Of a DNA stretch of 24,505 nt, positions 8,706 to 16,118 are shown one piece after another. This DNA is from Desulfobacteraceae bacterium (lineage in GTDB: Bacteria > Desulfobacterota > Desulfobacteria > Desulfobacterales > Desulfosarcinaceae), in assembly GCA_050123815.1 (NCBI GenBank), contig JASFGJ010000001.1, positions 1 through 24,505 on the forward strand. Reading direction: 5' to 3'. Numbering within the stretch: position 1 is the stretch's first letter; the number at the start of each line of letters is the position of its first letter. The translations under genes and the position numbers were made by a program. A model generated the notes under the pieces. The model saw only the letters and a list, made by a program, of their open reading frames with translations. It did no database searches and had not been told where the DNA came from.

Positions 8706-8742
8706 AAAACTGGTGATTTCACCAGGGAAAATCACCAGTTTT
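8706..8742 (+). terminator. 14-bp perfect inverted repeat; likely terminator of the phn operon, or an enhancer site for the downstream sigma54 promoter
   Basis: AAAACTGGTGATTT (8706-8719) pairs with AAATCACCAGTTTT (8729-8742) around a 9-nt loop, and the right arm ends in a T5 run. Confidence 0.55.
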
Positions 8743-8807
8743 TCCCCACCGCCATGCTGTTCTTTGATATCCACCTGTTATCATGTACTTATTTAAACAA
8801 GATCTTT

Positions 8808-8823
8808 TGGCACAGCCATTGCT
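8808..8823 (+). promoter_or_regulatory. sigma54 (-24/-12) promoter
   Basis: TGGCAC-AGCCA-TTGCT matches TGGCAC-N5-TTGCW exactly (GG 8809 to GC 8821 is 12 bp). It is intergenic and about 95 nt upstream of the next ATG. Confidence 0.7.
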
Positions 8824-8917
8824 CTTCTGAGTAACCAACTTGCCGGCACCAGTGGAATCTAATGCTGAGCGAAGATGACGGTCTTACTGTGCAATTCGGA
8901 TTGCAATGGAGGCGGAA

Positions 8918-9922
8918 ATGGATGAAACACAAGCCTTGGTTGACCAATACATCGATGAAAATAGAACTGACGACGCGTTTAAGCTGCTATGCAGGACGGC
9001 CATCGGCCTTGCCATGCATCAGCGCTTCGATGAGGCGGAAACTTGTCTAGATCGGCTGTATGAAATCAACGGCACAGCGCTTTCTGCCATCTTCGAAGTC
9101 AATAATATCATTGAGAGCGAAAAAAGCAGGTCCGTTGCTCCTGCATTGCGGCAAATCTGGGCCCCAATTTTCAATCGGTTAACGATCGAAGAGGCCAATG
9201 CCCTGCATTTGGCATTAAAGCCGGTTCTTCTGGGCCCGGACCATACCATAATAGAACAAGGAAGGGCAAACGATCGGCTTTTTTTGATCAACAGTGGCCG
9301 GTTAAAGATGTTTTGCCGAATTGGTGGCAATGACATTTTGATAAAAAACACTGGAAAAGGTACCTTCTTCGGCCAGGAGACCTTTTTTTCCATCAACGTT
9401 TGTACGCACTCGGTTAGAACCTTGTCCCGCGTAGAATTAAGCTGTCTAGAAAAAAAGCGGCTGGTTTCGCTGCAGACGCAATTTCCCCAACTCTATTCCA
9501 ACCTGGAAAAAATTATATGTGATCTGAGCCGAACCACTTACGACAGTCTATTCGTCAAAGGCATTGAGCGCAGGAACTGTGAGCGCCACAGGCTATCCAC
9601 CCGGATCAGAGCCCACCTATTGACATCCGATGCCGACCAAATCACCGGCAAGCCTATAAACGGCGATATGCGGGATATCTCCAAAAACGGGCTCTCGTTT
9701 TATTGTGAATCAAAAAATGAGAAATCCGTTCAGCGTCTGCTCGGCAGAGCCATCTGTGTCCGCTTCCATTTGAAAGGGAGCGGTCACACAAAACCCATTG
9801 TCGTTAAGGGTATTGTCCGCGGTGTGCAAAACCATCCCCAGGACAAGTATTCGGTCCACCTGAAATTAACCCCCGGTTTTAGCGACACCGCTATAAATAC
9901 AATCAGCAAAATCGCTCTATAA
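8918..9922 (+). CDS. Cyclic-nucleotide-binding-domain plus PilZ-domain protein
   Basis: Central Crp-like domain (IIEQGRANDRLFLINSGRLKM...GTFFGQE). C-terminal PilZ motifs RxxxR (RRNCERHR) and DxSxxG (DISKNG). ATG 8918 has GGAGG upstream; the track uses 8906. Confidence 0.8.
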   Translation: MDETQALVDQYIDENRTDDAFKLLCRTAIGLAMHQRFDEAETCLDRLYEINGTALSAIFEVNNIIESEKSRSVAPALRQIWAPIFNRLTIEEANALHLALKPVLLGPDHTIIEQGRANDRLFLINSGRLKMFCRIGGNDILIKNTGKGTFFGQETFFSINVCTHSVRTLSRVELSCLEKKRLVSLQTQFPQLYSNLEKIICDLSRTTYDSLFVKGIERRNCERHRLSTRIRAHLLTSDADQITGKPINGDMRDISKNGLSFYCESKNEKSVQRLLGRAICVRFHLKGSGHTKPIVVKGIVRGVQNHPQDKYSVHLKLTPGFSDTAINTISKIAL

Positions 9923-9969
9923 CGGTGAGCGAAAAAATGGGGCGCCAAAAAAAGCTTAGGAGAATGCTC

Positions 9970-10866
9970 TTAATCAGGTGCAGGATTTTCCTGAAAGTAA
10001 AGCTGGCGTACGATTCCGTCAGCCAGTCCCATCTGGGGCACTTTAATCAACGGAATCCGCCCCCACTTCAACACCGAATAGTAGATTTTGTGGGCCGGCA
10101 GAATCACATCGGCCCGATCCGGTTTCAATCCCAGTTTGGTAACGCGCTCGGCCACCGTATACGCCTTCAACAGCTTTCGGACCTTTTTCATGTGCTTGAA
10201 GGAGATGGTCTCGCCATCCTTGCTTTTCGAGAGTCTTATTATTTTATGGATGTTGCCGCCGCTGCACACCGCTACCAGGCGGTCGAAGGGCCCGGTCTTT
10301 TCCTTTACCCACAGTTTCATCTGCTCCCAATCGGCAGAGGTCACCATATCCTGCATCAGGCGGATGGTGCCGATATTAAACGAGCGCGACATCTGGTGAT
10401 TGCCATTGAATATGGTAATTTCCGTGCTGCCGCCTCCCACGTCCAAATAGACCGCCACCGCTTTGTCATGTGTGCATTTAAGGGTGCTGTTGGCAGAGAT
10501 GATCCTTGCCTCTTCCTTGCCGTCGATGATTTGAATCTCAATGCCGGCCTTTTCCCGGATGCGTCGGCAGATCTGTAATCCATTTCGCGCTTCCCGCATG
10601 GCTGAGGTGGCGCAAGCTTGATAGGCAATCGGCTGATATGCCTCGATCAGATGCTTAAAGCCGGTCAGGGCCTGGACCATTTGGTCGATTTTAGAATCGC
10701 TGATGCAGCGGTGGATAAAGGCATCATCCCCCAGCCGGATGGGCATGCGGATCAGCGAGATCTTTCTAAAATAAGGGCCCCTGTCTGTTTCGAACACTGC
10801 GGAGAGCAGGAGCCTGACCGCATTTGAGCCAATATCGATGGCTGCGTACTTATGACCGGTTTCCAT
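9970..10866 (-). CDS. ppx: Exopolyphosphatase Ppx/GppA, short two-domain form
   Basis: AAIDIGSNAVRL, ATSAMREA, IDGKEEA, LDVGGGSTE, DRADVI and GLADG. 298 aa with no C-terminal extension. Confidence 0.92.
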   Translation of the reverse strand: METGHKYAAIDIGSNAVRLLLSAVFETDRGPYFRKISLIRMPIRLGDDAFIHRCISDSKIDQMVQALTGFKHLIEAYQPIAYQACATSAMREARNGLQICRRIREKAGIEIQIIDGKEEARIISANSTLKCTHDKAVAVYLDVGGGSTEITIFNGNHQMSRSFNIGTIRLMQDMVTSADWEQMKLWVKEKTGPFDRLVAVCSGGNIHKIIRLSKSKDGETISFKHMKKVRKLLKAYTVAERVTKLGLKPDRADVILPAHKIYYSVLKWGRIPLIKVPQMGLADGIVRQLYFQENPAPD

Positions 10867-10951
10867 TGCGTTTTTCTATCCTTATGAGCGCTTGGTTCAA
10901 TGCATACCGATGCATTTCGACAGACGGAGCCGCTTTGTACCGCAGCACTAA

Positions 10952-11455
10952 TCATGACGCCTGTTTTTTGGGAAAATCAAAACAGAAGCGGCTGGCGGTG
11001 GCACCATCAGCACCGACCTGTTGCCATCGATCCGTTTCAAATTGGCTCTCCACCACGCCACAAGTGGGCACGTTCTCGATGGATCGGCCGGAGAGCAGGC
11101 GGGCCAGAATGGTAAATTCAGGGTTGTGGCCTACCAGTGCGATCCACGACTCATCCGGCGCCTGCTCTCGGATGAGTTGTAACAGGTCTTGAACACCGCC
11201 ACCGTAAATGAGCGGTGTTATTTCTATCTGTTGCGTTGACAGATCAATGGCGGCCGCCATGGCCTCGGCAGTGCGAAGCGCACGTACGGCGGGACTGGTG
11301 AGGATGCGCTGAGGAGAAAATCCACGCACATTCAATCGCTCGGCCATCATAGCGGCGTCCCGCCGTCCACGTTTGTTCAGAGGACGATCGTAATCGGCAA
11401 GGTCTGGGTATTTCCAGCTCGATTTGGCATGCCGGATCAGGGTCAGCGTTTTCAT
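10952..11455 (-). CDS. sixA: SixA-like histidine phosphatase
   Basis: LIRHAKSSW...DYDRPLNKRG, ILTSPAVRALRTA and LVGHNP. Confidence 0.85.
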   Translation of the reverse strand: MKTLTLIRHAKSSWKYPDLADYDRPLNKRGRRDAAMMAERLNVRGFSPQRILTSPAVRALRTAEAMAAAIDLSTQQIEITPLIYGGGVQDLLQLIREQAPDESWIALVGHNPEFTILARLLSGRSIENVPTCGVVESQFETDRWQQVGADGATASRFCFDFPKKQAS

Positions 11456-11525
11456 CGATCAAGGGTATCTATTCTATTTGGCCAGTTCAAATTTATAAAG
11501 TTTGCGCACATATTCTTCGAACCGG

Positions 11526-11568
11526 AAAGAAAAAGCAATAGGCTAGCAAAATCCTAACATTTAAAAAT
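11526..11568 (+). repeat. 43-bp exact direct repeat, copy 1, containing a Pho-box-like pair
   Basis: AAAGAAAAAGCAATAGGCTAGCAAAATCCTAACATTTAAAAAT, identical to 12167-12209. Confidence 0.97.
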
Positions 11569-11652
11569 ATGGAAGTGTTGTGTTCAGGTTGATAAAGGTG
11601 TGCAATTCGCTGATTCACAAATAACGGGCATTATACAAGAAAGCGAGAGATA

Positions 11653-11919
11653 ATGGTCATAAAAATCATCAACGGCTTTTTTCTGGTGCTAAATGCAATA
11701 GTCATTTTAACATTGCTGGCTATGTGTCATGCCGCAGTGAACGTCACCCCCTTTTTAAACCCTGTGGCTATCATCTTGGCCGTTTTTCTATTGTGTATTA
11801 TCGTCTTCAAAGAATTCAAAATTCAATCATTGAAGCAACGATTGTGGCTGAATCTGTCCGTTTATTTAGGCTTGGTTTTGGTCGGTTATAATCTATTTAG
11901 GCAGTTGGCCTTTGCTTAA
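11653..11919 (+). CDS. Small hypothetical membrane protein (88 aa, about 3 hydrophobic segments)
   Basis: AT-rich ORF with ATG and purine-rich GAGAG upstream, and three hydrophobic stretches. No family recognised. Confidence 0.6.
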   Translation: MVIKIINGFFLVLNAIVILTLLAMCHAAVNVTPFLNPVAIILAVFLLCIIVFKEFKIQSLKQRLWLNLSVYLGLVLVGYNLFRQLAFA

Positions 11920-11960
11920 ATTTGGGGCTTGGGAATAACCCTTAACTTATTACCCGAAAT

Positions 11961-12166
11961 TCATATATACGAATTTTCCTCAGCAATCAGAGCTCCCCTA
12001 TCCACCGATTTGCTCACTGCAACAAAATCGCCATCGCCTAAGATACGTTCGTCGCTTTAGGTATGAATCTTGTATTTTAGCAATGTGTTAACAGCGGCCC
12101 AACCAATAAACTGCGAATCAACACGCCGCCTGTCTGATCTTCCCGCCTGGCCTATTCGACTCCTTT
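11961..12166 (-). pseudogene. Decayed, internally deleted fragment of an IS200-like / REP-associated tyrosine transposase (RAYT) C-terminal region
   Basis: Hand translation: KGVE*ARREDQTGGVLIRSL, a frameshift, then GWAAVNTLLKYKIHT*SDERILGDGDFV joined to AVSKSVDRGALIAEENSYI*. This resembles, from memory, the GGGLIRSLGGW...DERILGDxDFV and terminal AVSxSVxRG motifs of deltaproteobacterial RAYT-like proteins. Confidence 0.6.
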
Positions 12167-12209
12167 AAAGAAAAAGCAATAGGCTAGCAAAATCCTAACA
12201 TTTAAAAAT
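12167..12209 (+). repeat. 43-bp exact direct repeat, copy 2, upstream of ppk1
   Basis: Identical to 11526-11568. Contains CTAGCA(12184)/CTAACA(12195), 11 bp apart. Confidence 0.97.
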
Positions 12210-12359
12210 TAGACTCACAGCGGTTTTTTGTAATGTATTGATCCACTCAAGACTTCAATTTAAATGGATCGCAAATGGGATATTGATTGAATCACGACGC
12301 ATTCTAACCGGAGATGAAATTCTTTGAATTAGATTCTTGCTCGTATTGCAGGGGTTGCC

Positions 12360-14564
12360 ATGACAATTGCCGTTCAAACCAAAAACCAATACGAAATCGA
12401 TACGACCGCAGAGATCTCGCACACCACGCCGCGACGGTTTATCAACCGCGAACTATCCTGGCTCAAATTCAATCAGCGCGTGCTGGACGAGGCCTATAAC
12501 ACCAGCTACCCGGTGTTGGAACGCTTGCGGTTCTTATCCATTTCCGCGAGCAACCTGGATGAGTTCTATATGGTGCGCGTGGCCGGTCTGAAAGCGCAAC
12601 TGGCTGCCGGAGTTTACAGCAACAGTCCGGATGGCATGACCACCTCTCAACAACTCCACGCCATTGGGGAAAGCGTCGGCAAATTGATGCTCGAACAACA
12701 TCGCTGTTTCAACGGGTTGCTGGTGGAGCTGAACAAAAATGGTATTTCAATTCTGGAACCCCAATCTCTGACGGAACTGGATCGAAAATGGCTTACAAAA
12801 TTCTTTGAAAACGAGATTTTTTCAATACTAACGCCCATTGCCGTGGACCCGGGCCATCCATTTCCCTTTATCCCCAATCTCGGATTCGGGCTGGTGTTGA
12901 ATCTGGAAAGCATGTCCGACGGCGAAGCGATGGAAGCGCTCATCATGCTGCCCAGCCATCTGGATCGATTCATCCGGCTGCCCGGCACCGATCTGCGCTA
13001 CGTACGCCTGGAGCATCTGGTGGTCATGCATTTGGATCAACTGTTTCCATCCTATAAACTGATGGCGCACGGCAGCTTTCGCATCATCCGCGACAGCGAA
13101 CTGGAAATCGACGAAGAAGCCGAGGATCTGGTACTGACCTTTGAGTCGGCCCTCAAGCAGCGGCGGCGCGGAAGCGTGGTCCGGCTCACCGTCGATGAAA
13201 AAATGCCGGCCGAACTGAGGGAATTTGTCAGAGAGCAATTAGCGGTTCCCCGGGAGGATGTTCATTGCTTTGAAGAGTTGATCGGTCTTGCGGATCTTAA
13301 GGAACTGGTGATCGATGAACGTCCGGACCTGTTGTTCCCGCCCTACATCCCGCGCTTTCCCGAGCGCATCAAAGATTTTGGAGGCGACTGCTTTGCGGCC
13401 ATCAACGCCAAGGATATCCTGGTGCACCATCCCTATGAGAGCTTTGATGTCGTTGCTCAGTTCCTGCACCAGGCCAGTCAGGACGATGGCGTCGTATCGA
13501 TCAAACAGACCCTGTATCGCACCATGGTCAACTCACCCATCGTAGAGGCGCTTCTAAAAGCCGCGGACGCCGGTAAAAGCGTCACCGCCATGGTCGAACT
13601 AAAAGCCCGTTTTGACGAAGCCGCCAATATCGACATCGCCCGCATGCTCGAGCGCGAGGGCGTTCAAGTGGTCTTTGGTTTTCTGGATCTGAAAACCCAC
13701 GCCAAGCTAAGTCTGGTAGTGAGACGCGAGGAGGGCAAATTGACCTCCTATGCCCATATCGGCACGGGGAACTATCATCCCATCAATGCCAGGATCTATA
13801 CGGATCTATCCTATTTTACCTGCGACCCCAGCATCTGCCACGACGTGGCCAAAATCTTCAATTACATGACCGGTTACGCCCACCCGGCCAAACTAAAACG
13901 ATTGATTGTTTCGCCACTGAATATGCGGGAGAGTCTAATCAAAAATATCGAAACGGAAATCAACCATGCAAAAAACGGAAAACCCGCCGCCATCTGGGCC
14001 AAGATGAATGCCCTGGTCGACCCGGGAATTATCGACGCCCTCTACCGGGCGTCCCAGGCAGGGGTGGAGATCGACCTGGTGATCCGCGGGATCTGCTGCC
14101 TGCGTCCCGGACTGCCCGGACTGTCGGAGCGCATCCGGGTTCGATCCATTGTGGGACGTTTTCTGGAGCACTCCAGAATCGCCTGCTTCGGTAGGGGGCA
14201 TGCACTGCCGTCACCCCATGCCAAGGTCTATATCTCCTCGGCCGACTGGATGCAGCGCAACATCAACCGACGGATAGAAGTGATGGTGCCCATCAACAAC
14301 CCGACAGTCCATCAGCAGGTCATGGATCAGATCATGCAGGCCAACCTCAAGGACAACCAGCAAAGCTGGATCCTGCAACCCGATGGATCCTATGAGCGCC
14401 TCAAAGCCGCCGACGAGCCGTTTAACGCGCACCACTTTTTCATGACCAACCCCAGTCTTTCCGGCAGAGGATCGGCTTTGTCAAACACGCGAAGTAAAAA
14501 AGGCAAGCGCAAGGTTCGCAAACTGGGCAAGCCCAAAAAAAAAGAGAAGCGGGCTGCTAATTGA
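12360..14564 (+). CDS. ppk1: Polyphosphate kinase 1
   Basis: INRELSWLKFNQRVL, SNLDEFYMVRVAGL, HHPYESF, SIKQTLYR, ELKARFDE, KTHAKL (phospho-His), GTGNY, GRFLEHSR and SADWMQRN. Confidence 0.97.
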   Translation: MTIAVQTKNQYEIDTTAEISHTTPRRFINRELSWLKFNQRVLDEAYNTSYPVLERLRFLSISASNLDEFYMVRVAGLKAQLAAGVYSNSPDGMTTSQQLHAIGESVGKLMLEQHRCFNGLLVELNKNGISILEPQSLTELDRKWLTKFFENEIFSILTPIAVDPGHPFPFIPNLGFGLVLNLESMSDGEAMEALIMLPSHLDRFIRLPGTDLRYVRLEHLVVMHLDQLFPSYKLMAHGSFRIIRDSELEIDEEAEDLVLTFESALKQRRRGSVVRLTVDEKMPAELREFVREQLAVPREDVHCFEELIGLADLKELVIDERPDLLFPPYIPRFPERIKDFGGDCFAAINAKDILVHHPYESFDVVAQFLHQASQDDGVVSIKQTLYRTMVNSPIVEALLKAADAGKSVTAMVELKARFDEAANIDIARMLEREGVQVVFGFLDLKTHAKLSLVVRREEGKLTSYAHIGTGNYHPINARIYTDLSYFTCDPSICHDVAKIFNYMTGYAHPAKLKRLIVSPLNMRESLIKNIETEINHAKNGKPAAIWAKMNALVDPGIIDALYRASQAGVEIDLVIRGICCLRPGLPGLSERIRVRSIVGRFLEHSRIACFGRGHALPSPHAKVYISSADWMQRNINRRIEVMVPINNPTVHQQVMDQIMQANLKDNQQSWILQPDGSYERLKAADEPFNAHHFFMTNPSLSGRGSALSNTRSKKGKRKVRKLGKPKKKEKRAAN

Positions 14565-14568
14565 TGCC

Positions 14569-14618
14569 GAAGGCTTTCATCCGTTGATTTAAGAAGCAGT
14601 TAAGGGATGAAAGCCTTC
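14569..14618. terminator. 14-bp perfect inverted repeat between convergent genes
   Basis: GAAGGCTTTCATCC (14569-14582) pairs with GGATGAAAGCCTTC (14605-14618) around a 22-nt loop, with no clear U-tract. Confidence 0.5.
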
Positions 14619-14686
14619 CCTGGAGCCTCATTGATATCAGCGCTTCGAACAGAATGCAATTCAAGCCAGAATAATCTTATCGTGGA

Positions 14687-15946
14687 TTAAAACCCACCGC
14701 CCTTGGTTTTGGCTTTCGCTAAAGGAGTAAGTCCATCGAAAAGTTTTCCCTCTTGGTCCATATACGCCAGCACCATCGGTTTATCAGAATACTTCGTTAC
14801 ACCTTTGGCCTGCCAGAACGGGTGAAAAGGTGACCGGCTCTCTTTAGAGGGCAGCCACACCAGGTCGAAGTCCGTAAGTTTCGTTACCCCTTTGGAGCGC
14901 ATATCATACTGTTTATCAAACAATTTTCGTGCATAGTCTTCATTATCCACAAGAACGTAGGATACCGCTTTATCCACCACACTCATTTCCTTAAATTGGC
15001 CACGGTAGGCATCGAATAGCAATGCGCCCTGTACCATAGATCGTCTTTCTCCGTTCTTTGCTATCAGCGGCACAGTATAGTAAGCCTCTTTTTCGAGGTC
15101 CAAACGACTGACCAGCTTGGCCGTGCCGATCGACGATAGAGATAGATTCTTAATGGTGTTATCGTCATAGTACTCCCTGAATGCCTTACTGCTCAATATC
15201 TTTTCCAAAAAATTGGCGGCCATCTCTTCAATCTCTTCCGACTTGTATACAACCGTTCTGCGTTTTTGCATTGCGGGATAGCTTATCTTTGCCTCAGTGG
15301 GCGGTTCCGGATCGACCACACTGATAAATCTGGGACCGCCAGGTGCACCGCACCAAGATCCACCGGTAAAAACTTCATCATTCCAGGTGCGAATATCGAT
15401 CCACTTATCCCCTCCCAGGCTGGTGGCACCATACCATGGATCGTTCACACCAAAAAAGTAGATGTCATACGCTGGCGCAATGGTTGGTTGGTCGCTGGTC
15501 ACAACGCCGCGAACAACGACCCAATGGGCGCTGCCATAGATCAGGGCTGCCGGTGGGACGCCATATCGATCTATCGTATAGGCCAACTTGTTGTTACCGT
15601 CATCCTGGCCTGTTGGAGCATACCATGTAAACCAGGCAGCTCCTCCGGCGAAGTGGTTAAGGCCGTCCTTCAGTCCTTCGGGATCGCTTGCCCACCCGGC
15701 ACAGATATTGTGCGAATGGATATAGTTGTAAATGCTTGATTGCGGGGATACGTAGATACCGAGATTTTCAGAATCAAGGATCATTTGTGCGCTGGCTGCG
15801 CCACAATAATAGGATGTGTCTTGGGTATAATAGGGAGTGTCGATATCCTTGACCCAGCAGCCTGACAGCAAATAGAGAAAACTCAGGACAAGACATATTC
15901 CCAGCCAGGATTTGCTCTTCCGGTAAAAATTGTCGAGGACCTTCAT
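14687..15946 (-). CDS. Lipoprotein with a papain-like (C39-like) cysteine peptidase domain and an unknown C-terminal domain
   Basis: Lipobox LSG-C30, QDTSYYCGAASAQMIL (Q...C), AHWVVVRG (H) and VNDPW (D). Strong RBS AAGGAG. Confidence 0.75.
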   Translation of the reverse strand: MKVLDNFYRKSKSWLGICLVLSFLYLLSGCWVKDIDTPYYTQDTSYYCGAASAQMILDSENLGIYVSPQSSIYNYIHSHNICAGWASDPEGLKDGLNHFAGGAAWFTWYAPTGQDDGNNKLAYTIDRYGVPPAALIYGSAHWVVVRGVVTSDQPTIAPAYDIYFFGVNDPWYGATSLGGDKWIDIRTWNDEVFTGGSWCGAPGGPRFISVVDPEPPTEAKISYPAMQKRRTVVYKSEEIEEMAANFLEKILSSKAFREYYDDNTIKNLSLSSIGTAKLVSRLDLEKEAYYTVPLIAKNGERRSMVQGALLFDAYRGQFKEMSVVDKAVSYVLVDNEDYARKLFDKQYDMRSKGVTKLTDFDLVWLPSKESRSPFHPFWQAKGVTKYSDKPMVLAYMDQEGKLFDGLTPLAKAKTKGGGF

Positions 15947-16118
15947 TGTATCTCTCCTTTTTCATGCGGTTGTAAATTTGGTAGGGTTAAAAAATTGGCC
16001 AATTTAATGGACAGTTAACATTAGACAAGCAGATCTCATATGATAGAATTCACAGTTATTGTATGATGAAGGTCACGATAATTGCAGATCTTGGATTTCT
16101 TCGGATAGAAATGAACGT

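Noticed and set aside
11571-11603. Minus-strand GCACAC/TCAACC/ACAACA 11-bp array as a Pho box for sixA-ppx
   Set aside because: No unit matches the (C/T)T start of the consensus, so it is too weak to call.
11526-12209. The 43-bp repeat as a CRISPR array
   Set aside because: Only two copies, 598 bp apart, and no cas genes.
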